The position numbers and the translations under genes were made by a program. A model generated the notes under the pieces. The model saw only the letters and a program-made list of their open reading frames with translations, made no database searches and was not told the DNA's origin. Positions 35,326 through 45,070 of a stretch of DNA of 59,271 nt are shown one piece after another. Position 1 is the first letter of the stretch, and each line of letters opens with the position of its first letter. The stretch is from contig CALUOW010000001.1 of the NCBI GenBank assembly GCA_944322365.1, positions 1 through 59,271 on the forward strand. The letters are read 5' to 3'. Source of the stretch: an uncultured Bacteroides sp. Lineage in GTDB: Bacteria; Bacteroidota; Bacteroidia; Bacteroidales; Bacteroidaceae.

Positions 35326-35344
35326 TAAGCGATTAACTATTTTT

Positions 35345-35391
35345 AAATCGGCATCATGGATTTTTAAAGAAACTGTGGTGCCGATTTTTTT
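35345..35391 (+). terminator. htpG terminator
   Basis: AAATCGGCATCA / TGGTGCCGATTT plus T-run. Confidence 0.75.
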
Positions 35392-35438
35392 GTCTCGTGA
35401 AAAACATTTCCTACATTTGCCTAAAACGTTCATCGGAT

Positions 35439-37751
35439 ATGAAAAAATCTATTCTCTTCCTCATTTCCTTGTGCCTGCTCCTCGGATTCTTCGCCCCGGC
35501 GCAAGCCCAACGTGTAGGTTTGGTGCTAAGCGGAGGAGGCGCCAAAGGCATGACCCACATCGGCATCATCCGCGCGCTGGAAGAGAATGGCATCCCCATC
35601 GATTACATTGCCGGCACCTCCATGGGCGCCATCATCGGCTCGCTCTACGCAATGGGCTATTCGCCGGACGATATGGAAGCGCTCCTGCGTTCGCCCGATT
35701 TCAAGCGTTGGTACACCGGCACGGTAGAACCCCAATATGCCTATTTTTTCAAGCAAAACCGCCCAACGCCCGAATTCTTCAACCTCCGTTTCGCCATCCG
35801 CGATTCGCTCAAGGCGAAACCCAGGGTCAATATCCCCACCAATATGGTGAACCCCATACAGATGAACTTGGCATTCGTGGAATTATTCGGCCAAGCCACA
35901 GCGGCTTGCGGCGGGGATTTCGACGACTTGTTCGTACCCTTCCGGTGTGTAGCCTCCGATGTCTACAACAAACTCCCGTTAGTGATGCGCCAAGGAGACT
36001 TGGGAGATGCCGTCCGCGCCTCGATGAGTTTCCCTTTCGTATTCAAACCTATCGAAATGGATAGCGTATTGGTTTACGATGGAGGCATTTACAACAACTT
36101 CCCAACAGATGTGATGCGCGAAGACTTCCATCCGGACATCATCATCGGAAGCGTCGTGGCAGGCAACCCGAAGAAACCCCAAGAAAGCAACCTGATGAGC
36201 CAGCTGGAGAACATGATCATGCAAAAGACGGACTATAGCATCCCCGACTCGCTGGGCATCGTGATGGATTTCAAGTACAACGATGTCAACCTGCTGGATT
36301 TCGACCGGCTGGACGAGCTTCATGATATTGGCTATAAACGCGCCATCGAACTGATGGACTCCATAAAAGGACGTATCCAACGCCGGATACCCCCTGAGGA
36401 AGTGCAACTGCGACGCACTATTTACCGCAAGAACCAACCCCCGTTTCTTTTCCGGGACATTTATATCGAGGGCGCCAATCCCCAACAACAGACCTACATC
36501 AAAAAGGAATTCAACGGCGACGAAGGCCGGACCTTCACCTTCGAAGACTTGAAGAAAGGCTATTTCCGCCTCTTGGCCGACAATATGATTTCTGAAATCA
36601 TCCCGCATGCGGTGTATAACAAAGAAGAGAACCTCTATGAACTCCACTTGAAGGTGAAAATAGAAAACAACCTCTCTGCACGCATCGGAGGAAGCGTATC
36701 TACCAGCAGCTCTAACCAGATTTATCTAGGATTGGGCTATCAGAACCTGAACTACTACTCCAAGGAAATAGTCGTAGACGGGCAGCTAGGGAAGATATAC
36801 AACAATGCACAACTGATGGGGCGCATCGACTTGCCCACGCGCATCCCTACGTCCTATCGCTTCATCGCCTCGTTCAGCACGTTTGATTATTATCGGAAGG
36901 ACAAACTGTTCTCCAAGAACAACCTCCCGACATTCAACTCCAAAGAGGAAAGTTTCGTGAAGCTGATGGTTTCCCTGCCTTTTTTAGCCAACAAAAGGGC
37001 TGAATTCAGTTTGGGCTACGGCTATCTGGTAGACAACTATTTCCAATACAACGTCATCGACTTCGAGAACGACCGTTTGGACAAATCCTCCTACAACCTG
37101 CTGGGAGGCTCCATCGGCTTCTATGGAAGCACCTTAGACACTCGCCAATATGCCACAAGGGGATATTATGAGAAATTGATTGCGCAAGTCTATACGGCCA
37201 AGGAACATTTCACGCCGGGAAACTCGCTGAACACCGGACAAATATCCTCAAGGCATCGCCAATCTTGGCTGCAAATCTCATACCTGAAGGAATCCTACCA
37301 CCCGATGTCGCCCCGCTTTACCCTAGGCTGGATGGTAGAAGCCCTCTATTCATCCAAGAACTTCTCTGCAAACTATACAGCCACCAAGATGCAAGCCGGC
37401 GAGTTCGCGCCCACCCCGCACAGCAAATTGATCTACAACGCCGCATTCCGGGCCAACCAGTTCGTGGCTACGGGCATCAAACCAATTTGGAATCTCAGCA
37501 ACGCCTTCCACGTCCGGACGGAATTATACGCATTCATGCCTATTTTCCCCATCCTGCAAGACACGCAAAATAATGCCTATTACGGAAAAGCATTCTCGCG
37601 ACTAGAATACATGGGCGAGGTGTCCGTCGTATGCCGGCTTCCCTTCGGCGCTATCTCTGCCTACCTAAATCATTATAGCTCACCGAAAAAAGAATGGAAC
37701 GTAGGCCTGACCATCGGTTGGCAACTGTTCAACTATCGGTTTATTGAATGA
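35439..37751 (+). CDS. Patatin-like phospholipase with probable C-terminal beta-barrel (PlpD/type Vd-like)
   Basis: Signal peptide, LSGGGAKG, GTSMG, DGG; aromatic beta-rich C-terminal half; TACATTTG promoter at 35412. Confidence 0.85.
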   Translation: MKKSILFLISLCLLLGFFAPAQAQRVGLVLSGGGAKGMTHIGIIRALEENGIPIDYIAGTSMGAIIGSLYAMGYSPDDMEALLRSPDFKRWYTGTVEPQYAYFFKQNRPTPEFFNLRFAIRDSLKAKPRVNIPTNMVNPIQMNLAFVELFGQATAACGGDFDDLFVPFRCVASDVYNKLPLVMRQGDLGDAVRASMSFPFVFKPIEMDSVLVYDGGIYNNFPTDVMREDFHPDIIIGSVVAGNPKKPQESNLMSQLENMIMQKTDYSIPDSLGIVMDFKYNDVNLLDFDRLDELHDIGYKRAIELMDSIKGRIQRRIPPEEVQLRRTIYRKNQPPFLFRDIYIEGANPQQQTYIKKEFNGDEGRTFTFEDLKKGYFRLLADNMISEIIPHAVYNKEENLYELHLKVKIENNLSARIGGSVSTSSSNQIYLGLGYQNLNYYSKEIVVDGQLGKIYNNAQLMGRIDLPTRIPTSYRFIASFSTFDYYRKDKLFSKNNLPTFNSKEESFVKLMVSLPFLANKRAEFSLGYGYLVDNYFQYNVIDFENDRLDKSSYNLLGGSIGFYGSTLDTRQYATRGYYEKLIAQVYTAKEHFTPGNSLNTGQISSRHRQSWLQISYLKESYHPMSPRFTLGWMVEALYSSKNFSANYTATKMQAGEFAPTPHSKLIYNAAFRANQFVATGIKPIWNLSNAFHVRTELYAFMPIFPILQDTQNNAYYGKAFSRLEYMGEVSVVCRLPFGAISAYLNHYSSPKKEWNVGLTIGWQLFNYRFIE

Positions 37752-37828
37752 TTTTTTTCAAAAAAATATCGGGAAACGCTTGTTTATTCAAAAAAAGTCC
37801 GTACCTTTGCACCCGTTAAAACAAACAA

Positions 37829-37902
37829 GGCTCCTTAGCTCAACTGAATAGAGCATCTGACTACGGATCAGAAGGTTACAGGTTTGAATCCTGTAGGAGT
37901 CA
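37829..37902 (+). tRNA. tRNA-Arg(ACG)
   Basis: Cloverleaf, TCTGA-CTACGGA-TCAGA anticodon arm; TACCTTTG promoter at 37802; CCA not encoded. Confidence 0.95.
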
Positions 37903-37923
37903 CACTTTGGATTATACAAGAAC

Positions 37924-37997
37924 GGTTCCTTAGCTCAACTGAATAGAGCATCTGACTACGGATCAGAAGGTTACAGGTTTGAATCCTGTAGGAATCA
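37924..37997 (+). tRNA. tRNA-Arg(ACG), second copy
   Basis: Identical to the first except one compensated acceptor-stem pair. Confidence 0.95.
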
Positions 37998-38002
37998 CAG
38001 AG

Positions 38003-38043
38003 ACCCTGCGGCTTGTTCGGAAAGCCGCAGGGTTCTTTGTTTT
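38003..38043 (+). terminator. tRNA operon terminator
   Basis: ACCCTGCGGCTT / AAGCCGCAGGGT then T-rich tail. Confidence 0.8.
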
Positions 38044-38169
38044 CACCCTCTCCCATCAGACTGCCCCGCACAGAAAGCTGCCAAGGAACAGCCGGAAATA
38101 TTCATTTTTATTTACATTAAGAGAAATCAGGGACGTTCCGGAACCGTTTTTTCTCCCTTTCTAAGCGAA

Positions 38170-38213
38170 GGAATTTGTAAGGACTTTGGTAGGGCTTTGG
38201 TAGGACTTTGTCC
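38170..38213. repeat. 11-bp tandem repeat, 4 copies (array E)
   Basis: GGAATTTGTAA, GGACTTTGGTA, GGGCTTTGGTA, GGACTTTGTCC. Confidence 0.75.
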
Positions 38214-38232
38214 CGACTAAGGATTCCAAGAA

Positions 38233-38280
38233 AATCGCGGCAAAGACATGGTAATTTATTATTACATCTTTGCCGCGATT
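38233..38280 (-). terminator. Strong hairpin downstream of the bat operon
   Basis: AATCGCGGCAAAGA / TCTTTGCCGCGATT perfect 14-bp stem. Confidence 0.7.
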
Positions 38281-38338
38281 CATTTTGCCCCTTCCTCTCA
38301 CGCCCGATGACCGAGGAAAAGGGGGAGGTCCAACTGCC

Positions 38339-39181
38339 TCAAATCACTTCGATGGCCGAGGCGGGCAACCATCCTACCTTACCGTCGTCGAGACGGATTT
38401 CTTTCCACTCGCGCATGGTATTGTCCTTGATTTGCACCCGATGGCCCTCGTGCAAGATAAAGAGGCTGGTGCCACTCTCGCTGGGGGTGCTGCGCACGGT
38501 GACGCTAGGAGTAAGAACAATGGCGCGGTCGCGCACGGTGAGGCTCTTTTTCTGTTGCAAGGCGAAAACGTTGCACAACACGGCGCATACCAACAAAGCA
38601 AGCCCGCCTATGAAACCTGTCTTCTTCCACCGGACTGCCTTGGAAAAGAAGAACAGCCCCAAACCCACCAGACAAAGGAAGAAACAGGCGATTCCCCACC
38701 CCGCCCAAGCATTGATGCTGAGACTGTTGATCAGCGATTTGAACCAACTGACAAAGAATATTTCGGGCATGGGAGTCACCTTGTCCACGGTTTTGCTACG
38801 TGCAATGTCAAGGTTGGCGCGGATGTCTCCATTGCCTGGTTGGAGCAGGAGCGCGCGTTCGTAGTTGAGGATGGCACGGGCCACTTCGCCAGCCTTGTAG
38901 TAGCTGTTGCCCAAGTTATAGTAGACTTCGGCAGATTCGCCTTGGCGGAGCAATTCCTCGTAGATTTGTATGGCGGCCTGGTAATCGTTGCGCAGGTAGG
39001 CGCTATCGCCGGCTTCCTTGGTGGCATCGGCTCCTGACGCAGGACGCAGGGGCGCCAAGTTCTCCCCTCCTTGACCGGCAGACGGATGGGCGGGTTGCAA
39101 CGTGTCAGCGGTTTCGCTTTGTCCCCATGCGAAAATTGAAGCCAATGCAATGGCTATGATGGATAACAGTATCTTTTTCAT
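38339..39181 (-). CDS. batE: BatE (TPR + TM + SH3-like)
   Basis: YYNLGNSYYK TPR, LFILHEG, GKVGWL; last gene of the bat cluster. Confidence 0.88.
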   Translation of the reverse strand: MKKILLSIIAIALASIFAWGQSETADTLQPAHPSAGQGGENLAPLRPASGADATKEAGDSAYLRNDYQAAIQIYEELLRQGESAEVYYNLGNSYYKAGEVARAILNYERALLLQPGNGDIRANLDIARSKTVDKVTPMPEIFFVSWFKSLINSLSINAWAGWGIACFFLCLVGLGLFFFSKAVRWKKTGFIGGLALLVCAVLCNVFALQQKKSLTVRDRAIVLTPSVTVRSTPSESGTSLFILHEGHRVQIKDNTMREWKEIRLDDGKVGWLPASAIEVI

Positions 39182-39195
39182 GCGATTTCCTCCTT

Positions 39196-41007
39196 TTAGT
39201 GTTTGATGGAATTTTCCATTTTGCTGATTATCTCGAGGGCCTGGGCATAAATCTTGTCCATGCCCAAGTTGGCATCCGACGGTGCAAAGCGTGCAAACTC
39301 ACCATTGTTCAGCACGCCGATAAATTCTTGTATCAAGGCGCCGTCCACGCCATAATTGCGCAGTTCTTCCTCGATGTTGTCTTTGGAAAGGCGCGACATG
39401 GGAATGCTGAGCTTGTCGCTGACATAGCCCCAAAGCGCTTTGAGCACTTCGTCGTAGAAGGCATCTTGCTTGTTGTCCGCCAAGAGCTTGCCGGCCAGTT
39501 TCAGGCGTTTCACAGCCACCTTGTTTGCCTTGCGCGTGCGCACTTTGGCCACATTGGCATTGGCTGCTATCTGCTTGCGATAGACAATGAAAAGGACTAT
39601 GAAGGCCAAGAGAGGCACAATGTAGCAAAGCCAATAACCGGCAGTACCGAAGAAGAACTGGCCGCGCGGCGTCAGTTTCACGTGGTTTTGCTTGATGAAG
39701 CGGATGTCCTCGTTCAAGACTTTCAATTCTTCCTGGTTGGTGAAGTTGGCAATGGTTTGCGTGGCATCGCCTTCGCCTTTCTCCACATGCAAGACGTATT
39801 CTTCGGTCTTCAACGTCTTGTAAGCCTTGGACTTGACATCAAAGTAAGTGAACTCCACGGGCGGAATCTTGTAATCACCGGGATTGCGCGGGATGGCCAA
39901 GTATTCAATAACCTTGTTGCCCGAAAGCCCCTCGTTGGTCAAGCGGAAGTTGTTTTCGCTCTTGGGGTCGTAAATCTCAAAGTCTTCGGGAAACTTGACT
40001 TCGGGGTTGGCTATCAGCTTCATGTTGCCCGTGCCGGAGATGACGAGCTTCAAGGTGACAGCATCGTTGGTCTTGACCTCGGTGCTGTTGATGGACGATG
40101 TGAGGTTGAACTCTCCCACGCCGCCCGAATAGTTGGCGGGTTTGGCAGGAAGCGGCTTCACGTCGATGCTCAATTTCGGGGTAAAGAGCGACTTCTTGAC
40201 TTCGCGCACCCCTCCTCCTCCGTTGAAGAAGGCTTCGAAAGGATCGATGGTGGGGTCCGCCACAGCAATGGAAGCATCAAAGCGGGCCGCGTCGATGGTC
40301 AATTTGCCCGATTGCTGGGGGAAGAGGACAAACTGACGGTAGATGGTCGTCTGATAATTGCGCCCCTTGTAATGCTCCAAGCCCCAACGGCGGTTGTCGG
40401 GCAGCTCCACTTCTTGCGAATGGAATCCTTTGAAGTCCGGCAGTTTGATGTTGTCGAAGCCCCGCAGATCCACCTGGGTATATATCTTGTAAGTCAAGAG
40501 GATAGCCTCTTGTTCATAGACATTGGTTTTGCTGATGGTGCCGGTGATAAAGAGGTCGTTGCCGGAGATGGCGGCATTGCCCGCAGCCCCCCGGTTATTG
40601 CCTTGGCCGGAGGTTTGGTCGGCAGGCAAGACCTTGATTTTAACCGAGTTGGAAACCATTTGGTTGCCATCGGCCGTGATGGTGGCTCCGGGGATGGTGT
40701 AGGTGCCTTCGGTCTTGGCCATCAGGATGTAGGTGAAGGTGATGCTTTGGGTGGTCGAGGTTTTCCCGTTAATCATCTGCATGTTGGTTTGCGTGGAGCG
40801 GCTAGGCCCCATCAACACGTCGAACCCTTGGATGGAGGGGGCACGGAAATCCCTCACTTTCTGCGTAGTAACGGTGTAGGACAGGCGGAATTGGTCGCCT
40901 ACGGCCACGGCATCGGGCGCCGAAGCAGTGAAAGTGACTTCATCATCGGCCCACACGGAGAGGCTGGCCATCATCAGCATGGCCCATAAGTAAATGATTC
41001 GCTTCAT
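39196..41007 (-). CDS. batD: BatD family protein
   Basis: Signal peptide, GFDVLMGPS, GGVGEF, C-terminal TM and FARFAP. Confidence 0.9.
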   Translation of the reverse strand: MKRIIYLWAMLMMASLSVWADDEVTFTASAPDAVAVGDQFRLSYTVTTQKVRDFRAPSIQGFDVLMGPSRSTQTNMQMINGKTSTTQSITFTYILMAKTEGTYTIPGATITADGNQMVSNSVKIKVLPADQTSGQGNNRGAAGNAAISGNDLFITGTISKTNVYEQEAILLTYKIYTQVDLRGFDNIKLPDFKGFHSQEVELPDNRRWGLEHYKGRNYQTTIYRQFVLFPQQSGKLTIDAARFDASIAVADPTIDPFEAFFNGGGGVREVKKSLFTPKLSIDVKPLPAKPANYSGGVGEFNLTSSINSTEVKTNDAVTLKLVISGTGNMKLIANPEVKFPEDFEIYDPKSENNFRLTNEGLSGNKVIEYLAIPRNPGDYKIPPVEFTYFDVKSKAYKTLKTEEYVLHVEKGEGDATQTIANFTNQEELKVLNEDIRFIKQNHVKLTPRGQFFFGTAGYWLCYIVPLLAFIVLFIVYRKQIAANANVAKVRTRKANKVAVKRLKLAGKLLADNKQDAFYDEVLKALWGYVSDKLSIPMSRLSKDNIEEELRNYGVDGALIQEFIGVLNNGEFARFAPSDANLGMDKIYAQALEIISKMENSIKH

Positions 41008-41045
41008 ATTTGTACGTACATATATCTCGTTCGTTGCATATATCG

Positions 41046-41753
41046 TCACCAGTCTTTCTCCAAACGGGTTCCCCGGATGACTTGTTGTTGTTTCTTCACT
41101 TTGTCCTGGGTCTGCTGCTCGTCTTGCATGACAGAGTTGAGCAATTGCTCGGCATTCTCCTTGGACATTTCATTTTCTTTCTTGTCCGATTGCGGGGGCT
41201 GCTGGTCTTTTTGCTGGTTTTGATCTTGGTTTTGCTGCTGTTGTTGTTCTTGCTGTTGTTGTTGCTGCTGTTGGTTTTGTTGGTCTTGGTTTTGCTGGTT
41301 TTGTTGCTGTTGGTCTTTCAATTGCTTTTGGGCTAAAGCCAGGTTATAGCGCGTCTCATCGTCTTTGGGGTTGTTGCGGAGCGATTCTTTATACGCTTCG
41401 ATGGCTTGGGCGTATTCTTTCTGCGCGTGCAGAATGACCCCGATGTTGTGCATGATTTGCGCCTTGCGCCCTTTGTCTTTTTCGACGCGGGCGACATTGA
41501 GAAACTCGTCCATCGCTTCCTTCGGCTTGTTTTGCCACAAAAGGGTATTGCCCAGATTGTAGCGGGCGATGGTGGATTTGGGGTTCACCTCCAATGCCTT
41601 GCGGTAATCCACCTCGGCATCCACGTAGACGCTGTCCTTGAAGGCGCGGTTTCCCTTGCGGATATAGTCGCGTTCGGCCTTTTGGGCGAAGACGGGGAGG
41701 GCGCATATCAATGCCAACGCCAATCCTATGTATTTATTGTGCATCATAATCAT
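41046..41753 (-). CDS. batC: BatC (TPR with Gln-rich tail)
   Basis: YNLGN TPR, poly-Q/N linker, EKDW terminus. Confidence 0.9.
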   Translation of the reverse strand: MIMMHNKYIGLALALICALPVFAQKAERDYIRKGNRAFKDSVYVDAEVDYRKALEVNPKSTIARYNLGNTLLWQNKPKEAMDEFLNVARVEKDKGRKAQIMHNIGVILHAQKEYAQAIEAYKESLRNNPKDDETRYNLALAQKQLKDQQQQNQQNQDQQNQQQQQQQQEQQQQQNQDQNQQKDQQPPQSDKKENEMSKENAEQLLNSVMQDEQQTQDKVKKQQQVIRGTRLEKDW

Positions 41754-41786
41754 ATCTATGAATTATCTTTGTCCATACTTATCTAA

Positions 41787-41852
41787 TTTCACTCGCCGAG
41801 GACTTGACACGCACTCGCCGAGGACTTGGCATCGCCTTGTCGAGAACTTGTG
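41787..41852. repeat. 22-bp tandem repeat, 3 copies, between batB and batC (array F)
   Basis: CACTCGCCGAGGACTTGACACG, CACTCGCCGAGGACTTGGCATC, GCCTTGTCGAGAACTTG. Confidence 0.88.
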
Positions 41853-41854
41853 TT

Positions 41855-42898
41855 TTACTCCTCTTTGGGCGGATTTTTCTTGGAGAACAGGTGCACGTTG
41901 CGAAACAACGGGTTCTTGCATTCCAATATCAGCATCTCGCCCAGCAGGAGGATGAAGATTATCCATGCCACGGCTTGAAATTGCTCGTTGTACTCCGAAT
42001 ATACCTGCGTCTCCACATCGGCCTTGGCCAGTTTGTCTATCTCTTTGCTCACGGCACGTTGGGCGTTGTTGGTGTTATCCACACGGGCGTAGATGCCCTT
42101 GCCTGCTTGGGCAATCTCTTGACACATCTGCTCATTCAGACGGGTAACAATGACATTGCCTTCGCGATCGCGCCGGTAATCCCTGCCTCCTTCCACGGGG
42201 ATGGGGGCACCGTCGGGCGAACCTACGCCCAGCACATTTACTTGTATGCCTTTCTCCGTGGCACGTTGGATAGCTTCGTCCACCCCGCCTTCATGATTTT
42301 CTCCATCGGTGATGAGGATGACCGTGCGCCCCACTTCCTCGTTGGGCGTGAAGCTACGCGTGGCCAAGTCGAGCGCCGCGCCGATAGCCGTGCCTTGTTT
42401 GGAAATCAGCGAGGGGTCGATGGTCTCTAAGAACATTTTGGCAGAGATGTAATCGCTCGTGATAGGCAACTGCGTGAAGGCGTCGCCGGCAAACACAATC
42501 ATGCCCACCTTGTCGTTTTGCATCCTGTCCACCAATTGGGAAATGATGCGTTTGGCCTTTTCCAAGCGACTAGGTTGGACATCTTCGGCCAACATGGAGT
42601 TAGAAATGTCCAAGGCAATGATGACTTCGATGCCCTGCCTCTTGACAGTCTCTAACTTAGAGCCGAATTGGGGGCGCGCCAAGAGGACGGAGAATAACCC
42701 GATGGCTAAGAGCAGGATGGAAAACTTCACATCCGGCCGATATTTGGAAACGCCCGGCATAAGCGGCGCCATTAACTCCGGATCGCCAAACCGGCGGATA
42801 GCCTTCCGTCTCCGGTAGTTGGAGTATAAGTAGAAGGCCACCAACACGGGTAGCAACAGCAACAGATATAAATAGGCCGGTTCTTCAAATCTGAACAT
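41855..42898 (-). CDS. batB: BatB VWA-domain protein
   Basis: DISNSM MIDAS, ITDGE, N- and C-terminal TM helices. Confidence 0.9.
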   Translation of the reverse strand: MFRFEEPAYLYLLLLLPVLVAFYLYSNYRRRKAIRRFGDPELMAPLMPGVSKYRPDVKFSILLLAIGLFSVLLARPQFGSKLETVKRQGIEVIIALDISNSMLAEDVQPSRLEKAKRIISQLVDRMQNDKVGMIVFAGDAFTQLPITSDYISAKMFLETIDPSLISKQGTAIGAALDLATRSFTPNEEVGRTVILITDGENHEGGVDEAIQRATEKGIQVNVLGVGSPDGAPIPVEGGRDYRRDREGNVIVTRLNEQMCQEIAQAGKGIYARVDNTNNAQRAVSKEIDKLAKADVETQVYSEYNEQFQAVAWIIFILLLGEMLILECKNPLFRNVHLFSKKNPPKEE

Positions 42899-42944
42899 GG
42901 TTATATGATTTACAAGAGTTCAACATAAGCATATGCGACATAGG

Positions 42945-43928
42945 TCAAGGAATCTTTTTCAACACCGTATTTCGCAACAACACCTCCAGCAAGATGCACA
43001 GGAAAGCAGCCAAGGCAAACCATTGGTATTCTTCCTGACGCTTGCTATATTGCTTGACATTCAGTTTCGTCTTCTCCAATTTGTCGATTTCCTCGTACAC
43101 TTCTTTCAACTTCGAATTGCTCGTGGCGCGGAAGTAATTGCCCTCAGTGATGCCGGCAATCTGTGTCAGGGTCTTCTCGTCTATCTCGACGGGCAGGTTG
43201 ACGTATTGCACCGTGCCTCCCACAGGATAAGGATAAGGCGCTGTGCCATTGGTTCCTACGCCAATGGTGTAGACGCGGATGCCAAAACTCTTGGCTATCT
43301 CGGCGGCTGTCAGAGGAGAGATGTCGCCCCGGTTGTTCACGCCATCCGTCAAGAGGATAATGACTTTGGATTTGGCTTTGCTATCCTTCAAGCGGGTCAC
43401 GGCATTGGCAATGCCCATGCCCACGGCGGTGCCATCCTCGATGACGCCGCACTTCACGTCTTTCATCAGGTTCAGCAACACCGCATGATCCACAGTCAGA
43501 GGACATTGGGTGAAACTCTCGCCCGCAAAAAGGGTGATGCCGATGTTGTCGTTGGGGCGCCCGTTGATAAACTCGGACGCCACCTCTTTGGCTGCCTCCA
43601 AACGGTTGGGTTTCAAATCTTCGGCCAACATCGTGGTGGATACGTCGATGGCCAACATGATGTCAATGCCCTCTATCTCGCTGTTTTGCCAACTATTCGT
43701 GGTTTGCGGGCGCGCCAAAACAAGAATAATCAGAATCAAGGCGATGATTCTCAAGGCAAATGGCACGTGCAGCAGGTAGTTCTTGTAGCTCTTGGGCGTA
43801 TGGGCATACACCCGGGCATCCGAAATCTGCAGCGTGGCTTCGTGGTTCTTGCGCCGCATGACATACCATATTATATAAGGTATGAGCAGAAGCAATAAAA
43901 ACAAATATCCTATATTAGCAAAAACCAT
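42945..43928 (-). CDS. batA: BatA VWA-domain protein
   Basis: LARPQ, DVSTTM, LLTDG. Confidence 0.9.
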   Translation of the reverse strand: MVFANIGYLFLLLLLIPYIIWYVMRRKNHEATLQISDARVYAHTPKSYKNYLLHVPFALRIIALILIILVLARPQTTNSWQNSEIEGIDIMLAIDVSTTMLAEDLKPNRLEAAKEVASEFINGRPNDNIGITLFAGESFTQCPLTVDHAVLLNLMKDVKCGVIEDGTAVGMGIANAVTRLKDSKAKSKVIILLTDGVNNRGDISPLTAAEIAKSFGIRVYTIGVGTNGTAPYPYPVGGTVQYVNLPVEIDEKTLTQIAGITEGNYFRATSNSKLKEVYEEIDKLEKTKLNVKQYSKRQEEYQWFALAAFLCILLEVLLRNTVLKKIP

Positions 43929-43970
43929 AATTCAAACTATTATTTAATAAGAATCTCACACTTCGCATTG

Positions 43971-45059
43971 TCAAGCAAAATAGTTGTATAATTCGGATAC
44001 TACATAAATGATAGAACCGAGCAGAATCACAATCAACGCCACAATGCCTGCGCCCAGCAAGAGTTTGGTGCGGAGCGAACGTTTCTCCACAATGGTTATT
44101 TCCGTGGGTTGAGGTTTGGCATTCTCATCTTCCTTTTCCTTCGTTTCGTTGATGAAGTCGATGGCGCTGATAAGGTTGGCATCGTTTTCATTCATCATCG
44201 GATTGTGCTTGGCAAACTTCACCAAGTCGGCCGTCTGAAACAGGGATTTCAATTCGGCTATGGCTTCCTTGTCATTGGTTTCCAACAACTTATCAATGAT
44301 TTCCGCAGAGGTCATCTCCAAGGCATTGAATCCGAAACGCTCTTTGATATACACGCGAAGGGCATCGGTCAGTTCGGTGTAGTATTCCTTCGGTTGGCCC
44401 TTTTGCCAAATTTTCTCCGTCTTGATGCGTTCGATTTCTTGCATGGCCAGTTGATGCGGAGGCAATTTGGGCTCGACCTTCACCTTGCGGATAATGGGTT
44501 TGTTGTCCCGAATGCGCTTCACCAAATAGATAAGCAACAAGAGAAAAGGAACAAACAAAAGCGCGGCGGCAATGGACACATACCAATCCTCCCACGCAAA
44601 AGGAGCCTTCATAATATCTTTGGGGCCGAACATATGATCGGGATTATTCGGGTCGAGGGGGACATTGACTGAATAGACCTTTAATGCCAAGGCTTTAGAG
44701 TAATAGGGCTTATTATCCACCAGCACTTCCATCGGAGGCAGATAATAAAGAGCCGAATCAAAAGAAGTAATCGTATAGGTTTGCGTCAAGACGGTGCGCT
44801 GTCCGTCGTTCAGCAATTGGGTGTCAGGCTTGGCCACGTCCAGCACTTCTACGCCCCGCACTATCGTGTCCGGATAGGCAGGGAATATGGCCCGCTTGTC
44901 CGAATCAAGAGTGACTTGGAGTTTTATTTTGGTTTGCTCGCCGATAAGGATTTGCAGAGAATCGATGGTAGCATCCACAATAACGGATTGCGCCATTGCT
45001 CTTTGTCCATATCCGACGACCAACACTATTATAAGAAATAGAATGTTTGACTTTTTCAT
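43971..45059 (-). CDS. Conserved membrane protein of the bat cluster
   Basis: Signal peptide, TITSFDS, TM helix, ADLVKFAK. Confidence 0.8.
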   Translation of the reverse strand: MKKSNILFLIIVLVVGYGQRAMAQSVIVDATIDSLQILIGEQTKIKLQVTLDSDKRAIFPAYPDTIVRGVEVLDVAKPDTQLLNDGQRTVLTQTYTITSFDSALYYLPPMEVLVDNKPYYSKALALKVYSVNVPLDPNNPDHMFGPKDIMKAPFAWEDWYVSIAAALLFVPFLLLLIYLVKRIRDNKPIIRKVKVEPKLPPHQLAMQEIERIKTEKIWQKGQPKEYYTELTDALRVYIKERFGFNALEMTSAEIIDKLLETNDKEAIAELKSLFQTADLVKFAKHNPMMNENDANLISAIDFINETKEKEDENAKPQPTEITIVEKRSLRTKLLLGAGIVALIVILLGSIIYVVSELYNYFA

Positions 45060-45070
45060 TCTTCCATTTT

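Noticed and set aside
37998-38338. Integrated element at the tRNA-Arg 3' end
   Set aside because: No integrase and no displaced duplicate of the tRNA 3' end seen; the site appears empty.
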